DNA from: Malacoraja senta
Taxonomy: Eukaryota
Direction: 5' to 3'
Length of the DNA: 64,000 nucleotides
NCBI GenBank assembly: GCA_038087875.1
Contig: CM075993.1
Location: forward strand, 1,178,001-1,242,000
The translations under genes and the position numbers were made by a program. Positions 25,301 to 37,300 of the stretch are shown one piece after another. The notes under the pieces are model-generated. The model was given only the letters and a program-made list of their open reading frames with translations. It searched no databases and was not told the DNA's origin. Position 1 is the stretch's first letter; the number at the start of each line of letters is the position of its first letter.

Positions 25301-28300
25301 TTACTTTATGTTTGTCATTTCCTCTATTGTGGTTGTTGGTACTGTCTGGCTGGATTAAGAACCAGTGAAATTATTAGCACTCAGGCAAGATGATATGCTG
25401 AGGTCATGCACAACAAGAGTTAGTCAACACAAAAAGAGAGCTGGGAAAAGGGACAGACATGACAACAAAACCAGCAACATTCACTTGATCAGAATAGCCA
25501 AAGAAACATGGGATGTATATTCACTTTGGTTAAAAATACCTGGCGAAACCACAGAATCTTGAGGTTTTTTTCATTTGAAATTGAGAGGATTTATTTCTGC
25601 AAAGTACCAACCTGTTTCTCATTTCATTCCCTGCGAGTCATTCAAAGTATGGAAGAAGCATGAATAATTTACACAATGCGCCTTTTTTGTTGAAGTCTGT
25701 GGTTTCAAACCCACGAACATCCCCGGAATTCCCTAGTGTCCTTTGGCTTCAAGTCAGTGGTCTTCATTAACCAGTGATCATCTGTGAGCTAAGTACTCAG
25801 TTGGATCATTTTAAAATATAGTCCAGCATAGTACCGACCGACTGGTAACACTGGAGTTATTAACCTCAGTTACTTGGTCATATCAACAGCAATTTTTTAA
25901 TACTTTAAAGAGTTAATGAAGACCACTAGTGTCAAGTGATTGCTCTTGGAATGTCATTTCCTGCAGGTAAGTGGAATATTGCTGGATTTTGAGCCTTACT
26001 GTACTTCTCTTCCTTGCACCTCTGGAGGATCTCTAAACTCCTCTGATGGACTGGGTGATGCAGAAAGCTAAAACTATCGACACTTTTCAAAACCGGGTAT
26101 GGAACAGCATCATCATGCCCTTGGAAAGCAAAATGAAAACAAAAGAAAAAAATAAAAGAGATACAAAGTAAAGATATTCACGATAGGAATTTGAAAGGTT
26201 GAGAAACAACTACAAGGATCTAAACACGACAAAAATAGTAAAGCACATCTATCATTAATATCTACGTTGTAGTTAGAGTATGAGTCTGCCTTGCCATCTA
26301 ATTTAACTTCAATGAGTTAAATCTCTAGTGACTTGCAAAAAATTTCGACACACTTGAGTAAGATAAAGACGTAAAAGAAAGACAATATTTACATTCATGG
26401 GTACAGATTATATCTTTAGAAAGTTAGCACTAACCTATAAAACTACCAGCAGTGAGTGAAATGTGCAGTGATTTATTACTAAGTGTTTAAAAAGCATAGG
26501 AAAAAAATCAGTTTCTGTCCGAACTTTATCATTTTCCATCCAGGTTTTAATAAATCAAAGCCCTACACAAGGTTCTCAAATATCTTTTTTTCAAAGGGGC
26601 AGCCAAATCATTATTGTTAAAAGTTAAATATTAGTATAATTTTATTTTCAATCTCTGCTGATCCAAATTAGCTTCACCAACAACTCAAACTGTTGTGCAA
26701 TTTTCAAGCACCAGAAACTAAATTAGACCTGTTCAAATAATCTTAAATGGAGTCCATGAATCAGCAAAACCATTAAGCTTCTGCTTTTCAGTGGTGGGGA
26801 GTACATGGTTAAGATGTAACATTATATGGCATCTTCCACAACTGAAGGGCATACCAGCACTTATAAAGGCAAAAGGAGGACTAATTAGTGAGGTTTCACA
26901 GGGATGTTAATACCATGCACTGTGTTCCCAAGTCTAAGTAAGGCAACTCAGGACACCATGGGAAGGAAAGAAATCATCAATGTACCATAAATATCAATGG
27001 GTGGCCTATTCTGATACTCAACACACCACCAAATACAACATTAAATACATACTTTTTGAACTGAGACACTAGTTTTACGTTACTGGAAACTGACTGGTTA
27101 TTCATAGATCTGCTGATTCGGTCAGTTTTCACAAATGCACTTCCGTTTTCTAATGATAAGCAGAGAAGGTGGGAGAAACAGATGGCATTCTACAACGAGC
27201 TGAAGATATAAAGAGCGGTGTTCTACTTCTGCAGCAGGAATAGACAGACCTATGCAGAGCAGGGCTGTACTAGGCAGAGCAATCCGTGTGTAGAGCAGCT
27301 GCCACAGCATGATGATGCGTCTTTCTGTAAAATGAATGCATCTCCCAGGCTTTAGAGAGGAAGATGTGCACTGATTAAAGAGAGAAGTAGCTCACTGACA
27401 TAAACCATCATCTAACGCAGAATTGAACACAATTTGCCTGATTTACAGAAACAGGTCAATCTCAGATTACAGAACGTACAGATTCAATAGAGGATTTGGC
27501 CAAAAATACCCTCCAAACACTGCAAGATCAAAATTTCAACCACTACATGATACTCAATGATGTGGGACTTCAATTTTTTTTTCCAATTAGATAAGGCCTT
27601 AGATTATGGTTTATGTTGTAAGGAATATGCATCGTCCACTTTCTGTAAGTCAGACATTTTTACTAAAAACCGGTTATTTATCTTGGCAGCCACCTCTGGA
27701 ACATGATATGATAGCTTATTCTTGAAATAATAATCCAGATCATCTCGTTGGTAGTATCTATGATGTATCATTAGGTCAAATGGTTGTGCTACACAACATC
27801 TATTAATTTCTCGAATTGCCATCCATAGCATCATATAACAACTCCATGATTAGTTTCAAGAGTAATGATTTCTAACAGTAAATTAGAGGATTGAATCCAC
27901 AGACTAACCATTGAATAATGGCAAGCTGCAGGTTTCAAAAGTCACTAGAACGACACGCTATATTTGGTTAAGAATTCAAATCAGCTACATAAATATCTGT
28001 GATGTTTTTCTTGGCATTAAGATGAATAACCTATTATTAGTCAATTCAAAAGTACTTCCATTTGTAGGTAAGGTACCAAAGTTAAAGGCTTTGTCCAGTA
28101 TAATGGAAGGATGGCCATTTTCAAAAAACTCTTCCCTTCATTATTTCTTTATTTGTACCCAATTATTCAGAAGACATGAAAAATATAAATAACCAAATTG
28201 AGTTTTTAGTTGCTCATAACAGGTGAGTTGCTCAGTTTAAATCCCCAGGGCAAACGTTTAAGATCCACTTTATAAGTGACTGCATTTGCACAAAGCGTGT

Positions 28301-31300
28301 GCCCAGCTGTGTATAGGAGCTGGTCTACACGAGTAGAAAGGTGAGGAGGCCTGGAAGCTTACCTTCATTAGTATTGAGCACAGGAGCAGGGATGTCATCT
28401 TACAGTTGTGCCAATCGTTGGTTGGGCTGAGTGCACTAATGTGTGCAATTTTGGTATTCAGGCTATAGGAAGGATGTGATTAAGCTAGAGAGGGGCTGGA
28501 AAGATTCACAGAAATGCCACATGGACTGCAGGGCTTAAGGATGATGAGAGATTTGATAGATTGGGATTGCTTTCCCTGAAACAAAGGAGGCTGGGGAATG
28601 AACTTAGAGGTTTATAAAATCATGAGAAGCATAAATAGTCCGAGTCTTTTTCCCAGGGTAGGGGAGTCTAAAATTTGAGGGCGTAGGTTTAAGGGGAAAC
28701 GATGTCAAAGAGATCTGAGAGGATTTTTTTTCCCCACATAGAGGATAGCGGCTTTATAGAATGAACTGCCAGAGGAGGTGGTAGAGGCGGGTATAAATAG
28801 AACTTTTAAAGGACAGGTACACACATAGGAAAGGGTTTGGAGGGACATGGGCCAGACACAGGTAAATGAGGTTAACATAGATCGGTATCTCAGTTGGCAA
28901 AGATGATTCGGATCAAAGGATTCTTTTCCATACTGTGCAACTATAAACTCAATGAAAGACTGAAAAGACCACGGAATGAACCTGAAAGTTTCCAGGTTCA
29001 GTTTACCATTTTAGAAAGCTATTGTGAGAAATAACTTGTTAACTATAGTGGTATTTCATATGACATCTCCAAAATCAACTGGAAAAATTGTCCAATTCTC
29101 CATTACTGGTCCCGTGCTTGTAAATGGGAGTTTTCTACAAAGTGTTCTGAAACAGTTTATAACTTTTACTCTCATCTCTGTTTTGTTTTGTTTAATGTTC
29201 ATACGACATTAATAGAGGGATCAAATTTAAAAGTGTAAATTGTACGTTGACCCAAGAAATATGTTGAACAAATCGCTTTGATTACTGTTCAACTATTAGA
29301 TGCCATAAAGTACTGTCATAAAGAAAGTTTCAGACCTGAAACATGAACTCTAATTCTCATTTCAGAGATGCTGCCTGACCTGCTGAATGTTTACAGCATT
29401 CTTTAGTTTTATGTCAAAATGTATTCAGCGATGTAGATACTGCGCTAAAACAAAAAAAAAGCTTGTCTTTACACCATTTGCAGAAATTCAACATAATATA
29501 AACAATGGATTAACTATTGTCACAGACATACACTGGCTCCTTCACACATTCAATAGATTTCTCTTTACACCAGGCTTGACCGCAGCAGAATTTTAGAAAA
29601 CAGAAATAATATCTGTAAATATGTTTTGAAAACCTTTCAATTTTCCAACTACATAAAAGGTGGACATACTGAAAATACTCAGCAAGTCAAATAAAATCTG
29701 TGGAAGGAGAAATAATGTTTCAAGTTGATGGCCTTTCACCGTAATTGTCCTATTGAAATGTCTTCAACCCGAAATGTTGTCGTTTTTCCTCTTCCCCACT
29801 GTTCCAACATGTATTTCCAGCATTTTATGGTTTTATTTCAGATTTAAAGAAACTTCTATTCAGATTAATATCGGATTTTGGATCATTCTAATAAACTGTG
29901 CTAACAAACAGATTTACTCCATCCTGACCGAGAAAAACAATTCAAGCTGTATTTCTGTCATATGCGGTGCATTTCAAACCTACACTTTGGATTTTTAGTT
30001 TATTTTTGGTATTTCACTGCTTTAACCCCAAATTTAATGTAAAGACAAAGTAGTGAAACGTCTTTGCAGCCTTTGAGTTGGATAATGAGTGCAACTTTCA
30101 AGTCATCAGAAGAACAAGTATCTTCCATATACTAAAACTGCTCAACATACAAATTTGTTGGGACAGTGTATTAATATATTAAATATTGAATGTGCAGCAC
30201 CTTTTCCAGGAACTTTTGACACGTCATTCGATATTAACTTAACAGTTAACCACACACTGTCAATGATGCAGCATTAAATGCACTGACAGTCAAACACACC
30301 CAAACACCTACCATATCCCTTACCAGGTTTCTTCTCAACAAAGCGTTTTCCAGCCTCCCGGAAGGCCACAGCTGCTCGGAAGTAGGATCTCAGCATTGAC
30401 CAGCGGAACACAGCCACTGGGTCAATACCAATCAGACTGCAGATAAAGGCATTCTTACTGCCTTTCAGAAGTGCAACAATGTCAGAGCGCATGTGGTCTG
30501 TGTTCTTTTCACGGAAGTCCTGCACCAACATAGATTTATGAAGAAGCTTGGTCATTGAACATATTGTTAATATATAATTTTTAATCACAATTTTTTTTTT
30601 TTTTTTAAGAAAATTAGCGACTCACAATCCTCTCTCCAACAAATTTTGTTTTTACACAGGTATTCAGTTACAATGTTGTCACATGAAACTGCAGAGGATA
30701 TTTGGGGTCAGGACACTTCTTCAGACTGAGGAAAGGTCCTGACATGAAATGTGTCTGTCCATTCCCTCAGATGCTGTCTGACCTGCTAATTTCCTCCGGT
30801 ACTTTGTTTATTTCATTCAGTGCGCCATGGCCAGATGGGGCTATGAAACTGGCTAAACCACCTGTGAATGTGGAGAAGAGGACCACACAATGCAGCACTG
30901 CCTTGTCTGCCCCAACCAGTGCAGCTCAAAGGATCTTGCAGTGTTCAATAAAAACGCAAAGGACTGTGTAAAGGAATGGGAAACTGTCATATAGCCAACC
31001 AGCTTCAAAGACACGAAAAGAAGAAGAAGTGCGCTGCTACCTATAGGCGTCTGGTAGCAATCAACCAAATTCTCAGGGTGGAAAACACTAAAGGCCATAG
31101 ATTTAAGGTGAGGACGAAGATTAAAGGAGAGCTGCAAGACAAGCTTTGTTTTGGACAGAGTGGAAGGTGCCTGGAATGTACTACCAAGGGAGGTGGTAGA
31201 AGCAGACAGTATTAGCAACGTTTAAGAAGCATATAAAAAGGCAGGGAATGAGGGATACATATGATTTAAACTGGCATCACGATCGTCACAGACATTGTGG

Positions 31301-34300
31301 GCAATAAGGACGGATTGGTCCTGTGCTGTCCTGCTCTGAGTTCTACATTCCTCTTGATTCAACATACAGGTGACCATTCAAATGTTGAATCTTTCTGTCA
31401 CTCAGTTTGGTCATGGCTATGCGCTTGAGCTTTCTCAATTTCACTTATCTGCCTTGGTTCCCTTTCCTTAATACCCTCAGATTTAATTGCCCTCATACTC
31501 CCACAAACTTCACCTGCTTTGCAGAGAATCAAATGTGGATAATACTCTTACATCATCCAAAACCTTAGCTCTAATGTTCATGAGTTCTTATTCCACAAAA
31601 AGAATTAGTATCTTTCTTCCAAATAAATCAAATCCTTTAACCTTGGACCTTGAAATCCGAAAAGACTTCAATCTTTGGACCTGAAATACTATCAGTTCTT
31701 CTTTCCATTGATGCTGCCTGAGCTGCTGAGTGTTTCCTCAATCTTCATGTTTCTATTTCATAGTACAAGAATCCGCAGTTTTTTTTTAATTCTCGTTGAA
31801 TCGTACTTGGTCACTCCCCTCTCAAGGGAAGGCATCAACTGGATGCATCCCACTCAGTAAAGAATCCTTTTAATCTCCACATAATTATAGAATCAATGTT
31901 CAATATATCTTACTCAAGACTTGGTGAAGGCTCTCTCTGAGAGACCTTTTTCTAGATGGAGAGAGTTTTTTTGTAAACAGTTAGACTACCTGCCAGATAG
32001 TCCAACACTTATATTTAGACTGAGTGACCTGCCAAACACACACATTTCAACAAAGGATAGTAGATTATGACCAGAATTAGACGATGCCATGCTGCTTTTG
32101 CTGCTGTCCTTTTAAACATGGAGCATTTTGGCACCTGATGCAGCATTAATAAAGGATCATGTAACACAGTTGCCAAAAAAATGTACATTTTTGCCTTTAA
32201 CAATTGGTTTCAATGTAGTGTGCTCATCCCATCTTTAACTATTCCATAAACCTCATGGACAATCAATACCAACATTTACACCAGTACCCACCTTCACTTG
32301 GTACTTGACCTTGCCTGCATAATGCTTTATGATAAAGGCCTGCTCCATCACTGCAGGAAACTCAATATAGTTGTTCCCCTCATGCTGTCGCTTGAATTTG
32401 TCAAGCAGCGTCTGATTTGTTGCCTGTGGAAAACTGAAATAAGAAATAAACAATTATACAAAAAGCAAAGACAGAGGAATCATCATCATCATTACCGAGG
32501 CATCTGAGAAGTCGAGACATACCAGGGATGGAAGATTGCAACCTTCACGTGGTCCGCCCTGTTTCGACTAATGTAATCAACCTGGCGTGCACAATCAAGT
32601 AAGATCAAATAGAACAAGTTGTCCTACAACTTTAGGCTGTGCACGCCATACGCAAGAAGAAGAAGAAGAGACATACCACAGAGCTCATATACACCATCGC
32701 CTCTCTTGGTGAAAAAAAAACTTGGTCGATCAGATAGACCTGATATCAGCTACATGGACCTTGTGGCCATCTCAGCCAAGCACTTGACCAGTTCCTGTCA
32801 GAAATGTAGCTAACTTCAAACATAAATTGCACAAGTGTACAAGTTGCAACTTCACTTTTAACAGCTGTGTGATCTTGTGGGCCACAGAGCAAGCAATGAA
32901 TTTCCAGCAGCAAACAATGCTGCTGATTGCAATGTGTACACTTGTATGTTTAATTATAACTAATCAGGTGACTTGGTGACTTGTATAAAACTGGAAAATT
33001 ACTTTCATTTCAACAATTACAAATAAAATATAAACTCGGAAATAATCAATATTTTAAATATTTTCAAATATGCGACTATTTGAAAAAATATACAAAAGAT
33101 CATTATAATAACCCAGTAGATGTATTGGATGAGGCAATGCAGATAAAAGCTGAATCAGAAAACTTAATATCATATTTGTATAATATTATCTTAAATGTAC
33201 AAATACCATCTACGGAGGGTATCAGAAGAGACTGGGAACAAGAGTTAGCTATTAAAATTTCAAAGGAAAGTTGGAATGAACACTTATTAAACGTGCATAA
33301 ATCTTCAATTAATGTAAGACACACTTTAATACAATTTAAAATTTTACATAGATTATATTATTCGAAAACTAAAATTCATAAAGTTTTCCCAAATGTATCA
33401 TCTATTTGTGATAAATGTCAATCCCAAGAAGCTACTATAGCGCACTCATTCGTTTCCTGTACAAAAATTCAAAAATTTTGGAATGAAATTTTTGAAATCT
33501 TTACAAAGTTATTTAAAATAAGACTGATACCCAAAGCAGAATGGATTATCTTCGGAATAACGGAAGATGGCCCAGAACTAAATGTGTTTCAAAAGAAACT
33601 AATGGACTATGGGTTAATAACTGGAAAAAAGCTAATTCTAAAATTTTGGAAGAAGGCTCCAATACCAACTATAAATATGTGGACTTCAAATATGTTCGAA
33701 ACATTACACCTAGAAGAGATAAGACTCCTCCTAGCAGGTAAACCAGATCACTTCCACCTGACGTGGTCTGCATTTATAGAATTATTACAAATATAGGGTG
33801 CAAAAGTACTTTAAAAAAAATTGAGGTCAGGTAAGGGGGGATGCTAGTTGAAGAGTTGGTATGTCCCATTTACGTAATGCTCATAAAAATATTTGTTTCT
33901 CTCTTTTTCCTCTTTCTCTTTCTCTTTCTTTTCTAGGGTCTATTTCTTAACTCTTTTTCTTTTGTTTTTAAATTTTGCTCTTATAGGGTCTTCGTCCTTT
34001 TTTGTTGTCACATTTTCTACACTTTCACTTTTTCTTTCACTTTCTTCTTTCTTTCAATCTTTTCTTTTTCTAGTGTAAAAAATAAATGGAGTACATTAAT
34101 TGTAAGAAGACATAAGTGACGAGTACTAATGTATGTGGTTGTAATGTAATGTACTTCTAATAAATAAAAATTAAAAAAATAATAATAATAATAATTATAA
34201 CTAATCAGAGGACAAGTCAATACAAGTTAGCTTTCAGAGATTGCACAACAGGTCTGCACTCCAATTCCAAATTTGATTAACATTATCAAACCAAAGTAGT

Positions 34301-37300
34301 CATCATAGGGTAGCATAGTTAGGAGAACAGCCACTGTTTCCTACGCAAAGACATAACCCTGAAAACCGTGTTGTAGTGTTAAGAATATATCTCCCCGACT
34401 GGAGAAGAATTTGCGTGGGTGTGGGTGGGGACTGTTTCTATGTTTACCCATTGTCGTGATAAACATCGGCAGGAGTACGAAGGAGGTTCTGCCTTGGGAT
34501 TATGAAGAGCTCAGGGAAACATTGAAATGCACAACCATAAAGGTGATAATCTCTGGATTATTATTTGAGCCACGTGCAAATTAGCAAAGAGAAAAGAGAA
34601 TAAAGGAAACAGTGTACAGTGGTTGAAGGGTCGTTGGCACTAATACTGAGGGAGGAAAGAGCTGTTCATTGGGGTGATCTTCAGTCGAATCATGCTGGCA
34701 AGAGCCTCCCGGTGAATCGCATGAAAAAGGTTGTAGACAGAACTTTAAATAAAAAGGACAGGAGTGAGCTCCAAGAAAGGGATATTTGATAAATCAAGAG
34801 AAAATCGGAGAGTGCTGGCACAACATAGTGACTGAGGGATTGACAAGGTAAGTGTAACTTAGGCTGGGGCAAAAAATGCAAATAAAAGTATGTGCTACAG
34901 AGCCAATCCATAGTTAGTAAAAAGCTGTTAAAAAATCTAAATTTAACATTGTTTATTTAAATGTACTCAGCATTTGCAATGAGTTACACCAGTTGGCAAC
35001 ACAGATAGCAACCTAATGATCTAATAGGAATCAGAGACGTGGCTGCAGGGTTTCCAGAACCGGCTGCTTAATATTCCAAATTATATGATGTTCCAAAGGA
35101 ACAGGCCAAAAGGGGAAGGAGATGGGGTAGCATTATTAATCAAGAAAGATATCAGAGAGGTGTTGAATTGTAATATGGAGGCAGTGGATAGCAATGTAGA
35201 ATCGGTTTGAATTGATGTTATGATAATCCAGGGGGGTAGAAGATGCGGGTGGGAATAATCCACTGGCCCCCATAATGTGGCCTCTTGATAGCACAGACCA
35301 TAAATGAGGAAGCATCTGGAGCATGTCAGAAGGGAACCACAATTGCCAGGGACATTTTAATCTGCATATTGATTGAATGAACCAAACTGGCAAGAACTTG
35401 CGGAGTAACATCAAGGAATTGCTTCTTAATACAACACGTTATAAAACCTATCCAGGAACAGGTTATTTTTGATTTAGTTATGAGTAATGCAGGAGGATTA
35501 AAAAAGATTTTGTGGCTAACGATCCTCGAGGAGGAAGTCATCATAATATGAGAAAATTACGCGTGACGGTTGAGGGTGAACACCACAGAACCACAAATAG
35601 TGTCTTTAACTATAAGGGCAATTATAATGGTTTGAAGGTGGAGTTGTTAAATAACGATTGGGAAAATAAGCTAAGAGACAATCAGTCTATGAAGAGTGGC
35701 AGATATTAAATAAGCTGGTCCAAAACACTCAGTGGAAATTTATCCCAAGTATTTTAGTTTAGTTTATTAGTGTCGCCTGTACCAAGGAACAGTGAAAAGC
35801 TTTTGTTTGCTTGCTATCCAGTCAAAGAAGACTATACATGTATACATTCAATCCGTCCACAGTGCAAAGATAAAGGATAAAGGGTATAACCTTTAGTCCA
35901 AGATGTAACATTGAAGTATTTTAAAGTCTGATTAAAGATTGTTCAGAGGTCTCGTGAGATAGAAGAAAGGTCAGGCCGCACTCTAGCTGATGAGAGGACC
36001 ATTCAGTTGACTGATAACAGTTGGAAACTGTTCCTGAATCCGAACGTATACGTTTTCAAACTTCTGAACCTCTTTCCTGATGGGAGAGGGGAGAAGAGGG
36101 AGTGACCGACTGGAATGAGATTGGTCCTTGATTACACTGTCAAGGCAGCGTGAAGAGGGATTCCATGAGAAATAGGCATAATCCTTGGTTAACAAAAAAA
36201 GGTTGAATACAATGTTAGGTTGTTCTATAGGGCATACAAAGTGGGTGATGATAGGCCAATGAGGTTTTAAGGATCCAGCAACAAACGGCTAAAAGGCTCA
36301 TAATGGAGAAAATTGATTTTGAGAGAAAACCTGTGTGCAATGCCAAAACAAGCCGGAAGAGATTCCCTGAATATATAAATCGGATGAAGGCTGCTTAAGT
36401 AGGTGTGAAACCTCCAGAGAAGGAGGCTGGTGAACTAAAAACAACAAACAAAGAAATGGCAGGTATGTTAAATCAGCATTTGCATCAATTTTAACCACAG
36501 AGGACATTGCAAATATCTCCAACTTACGGATTAATTTCAAATAACAGGAAGGGACTCATAAAACTCTCAGTCATAATAGGGAAATTTTAGGGCTGATTGC
36601 AAACAAATCAGCCAGAGCCCATGGCCAACACCCATGGGTTTTAAATGAAGTGCCTGCCTAGATAGTGGTTCCATTGATTAAAATTATTCAAAACTTGCTC
36701 ATTTCTGGAAGGATACCAGAATACTGGAAAGCTGTCAATATAACTCCTTTGTTCAAACCGGGAGAATGAGATAACCATATCAGGTAACGATACGCCAGTT
36801 AGCTTAACATCTATTGTTGGCAGGATGTTATCGTTAATAATCAAAGAGGAAATAACTAATCATTTAGGAAAGCTAAACATAATCAAACCTGGTCAACATT
36901 GTTTTATAAAAGGTAAATCAAATATGCTTGAAATCTTTGCGGATGTGACAGGGAGAGATGGTAAGGAGATCCTATTAATGTAATATATTTAGATTTCCAG
37001 AAGTATTTGACGTTTATACAAATGTTTTTATTGGAAGTCTTTTCATAAAAGCATTTGTGGATGAATTAAGAATCGAGTGTGTTGGAGTGTGTAAACGTCG
37101 ATTGGCTGACACGATAAAAACAAAATGCTGAAATAAATGGGTCCATTTAAGGCTGGAGTACTCCAGGGACTGGTACCTGGCCCTCATTTGTTAATTATTT
37201 ACATTAATGCCCTGGAGGAGGGAACACAGTGTAATGTTTCCAGATTTACCAATGATAGGAAAACAGGTGCAGGTTAAGGTTGTAATGAGACATCATGATT

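Noticed and set aside
25540-25611. Exon-like segment on the minus strand (ag...CCAG|gtatt) in the loop-2 intron
   Set aside because: In the required phase it contains TGA, and the acceptor is poor; no support without RNA data.
27309-27400. C/D-box-like ATGATGA...CTGA
   Set aside because: Antisense to the host gene, with no terminal stem or recognisable guide.
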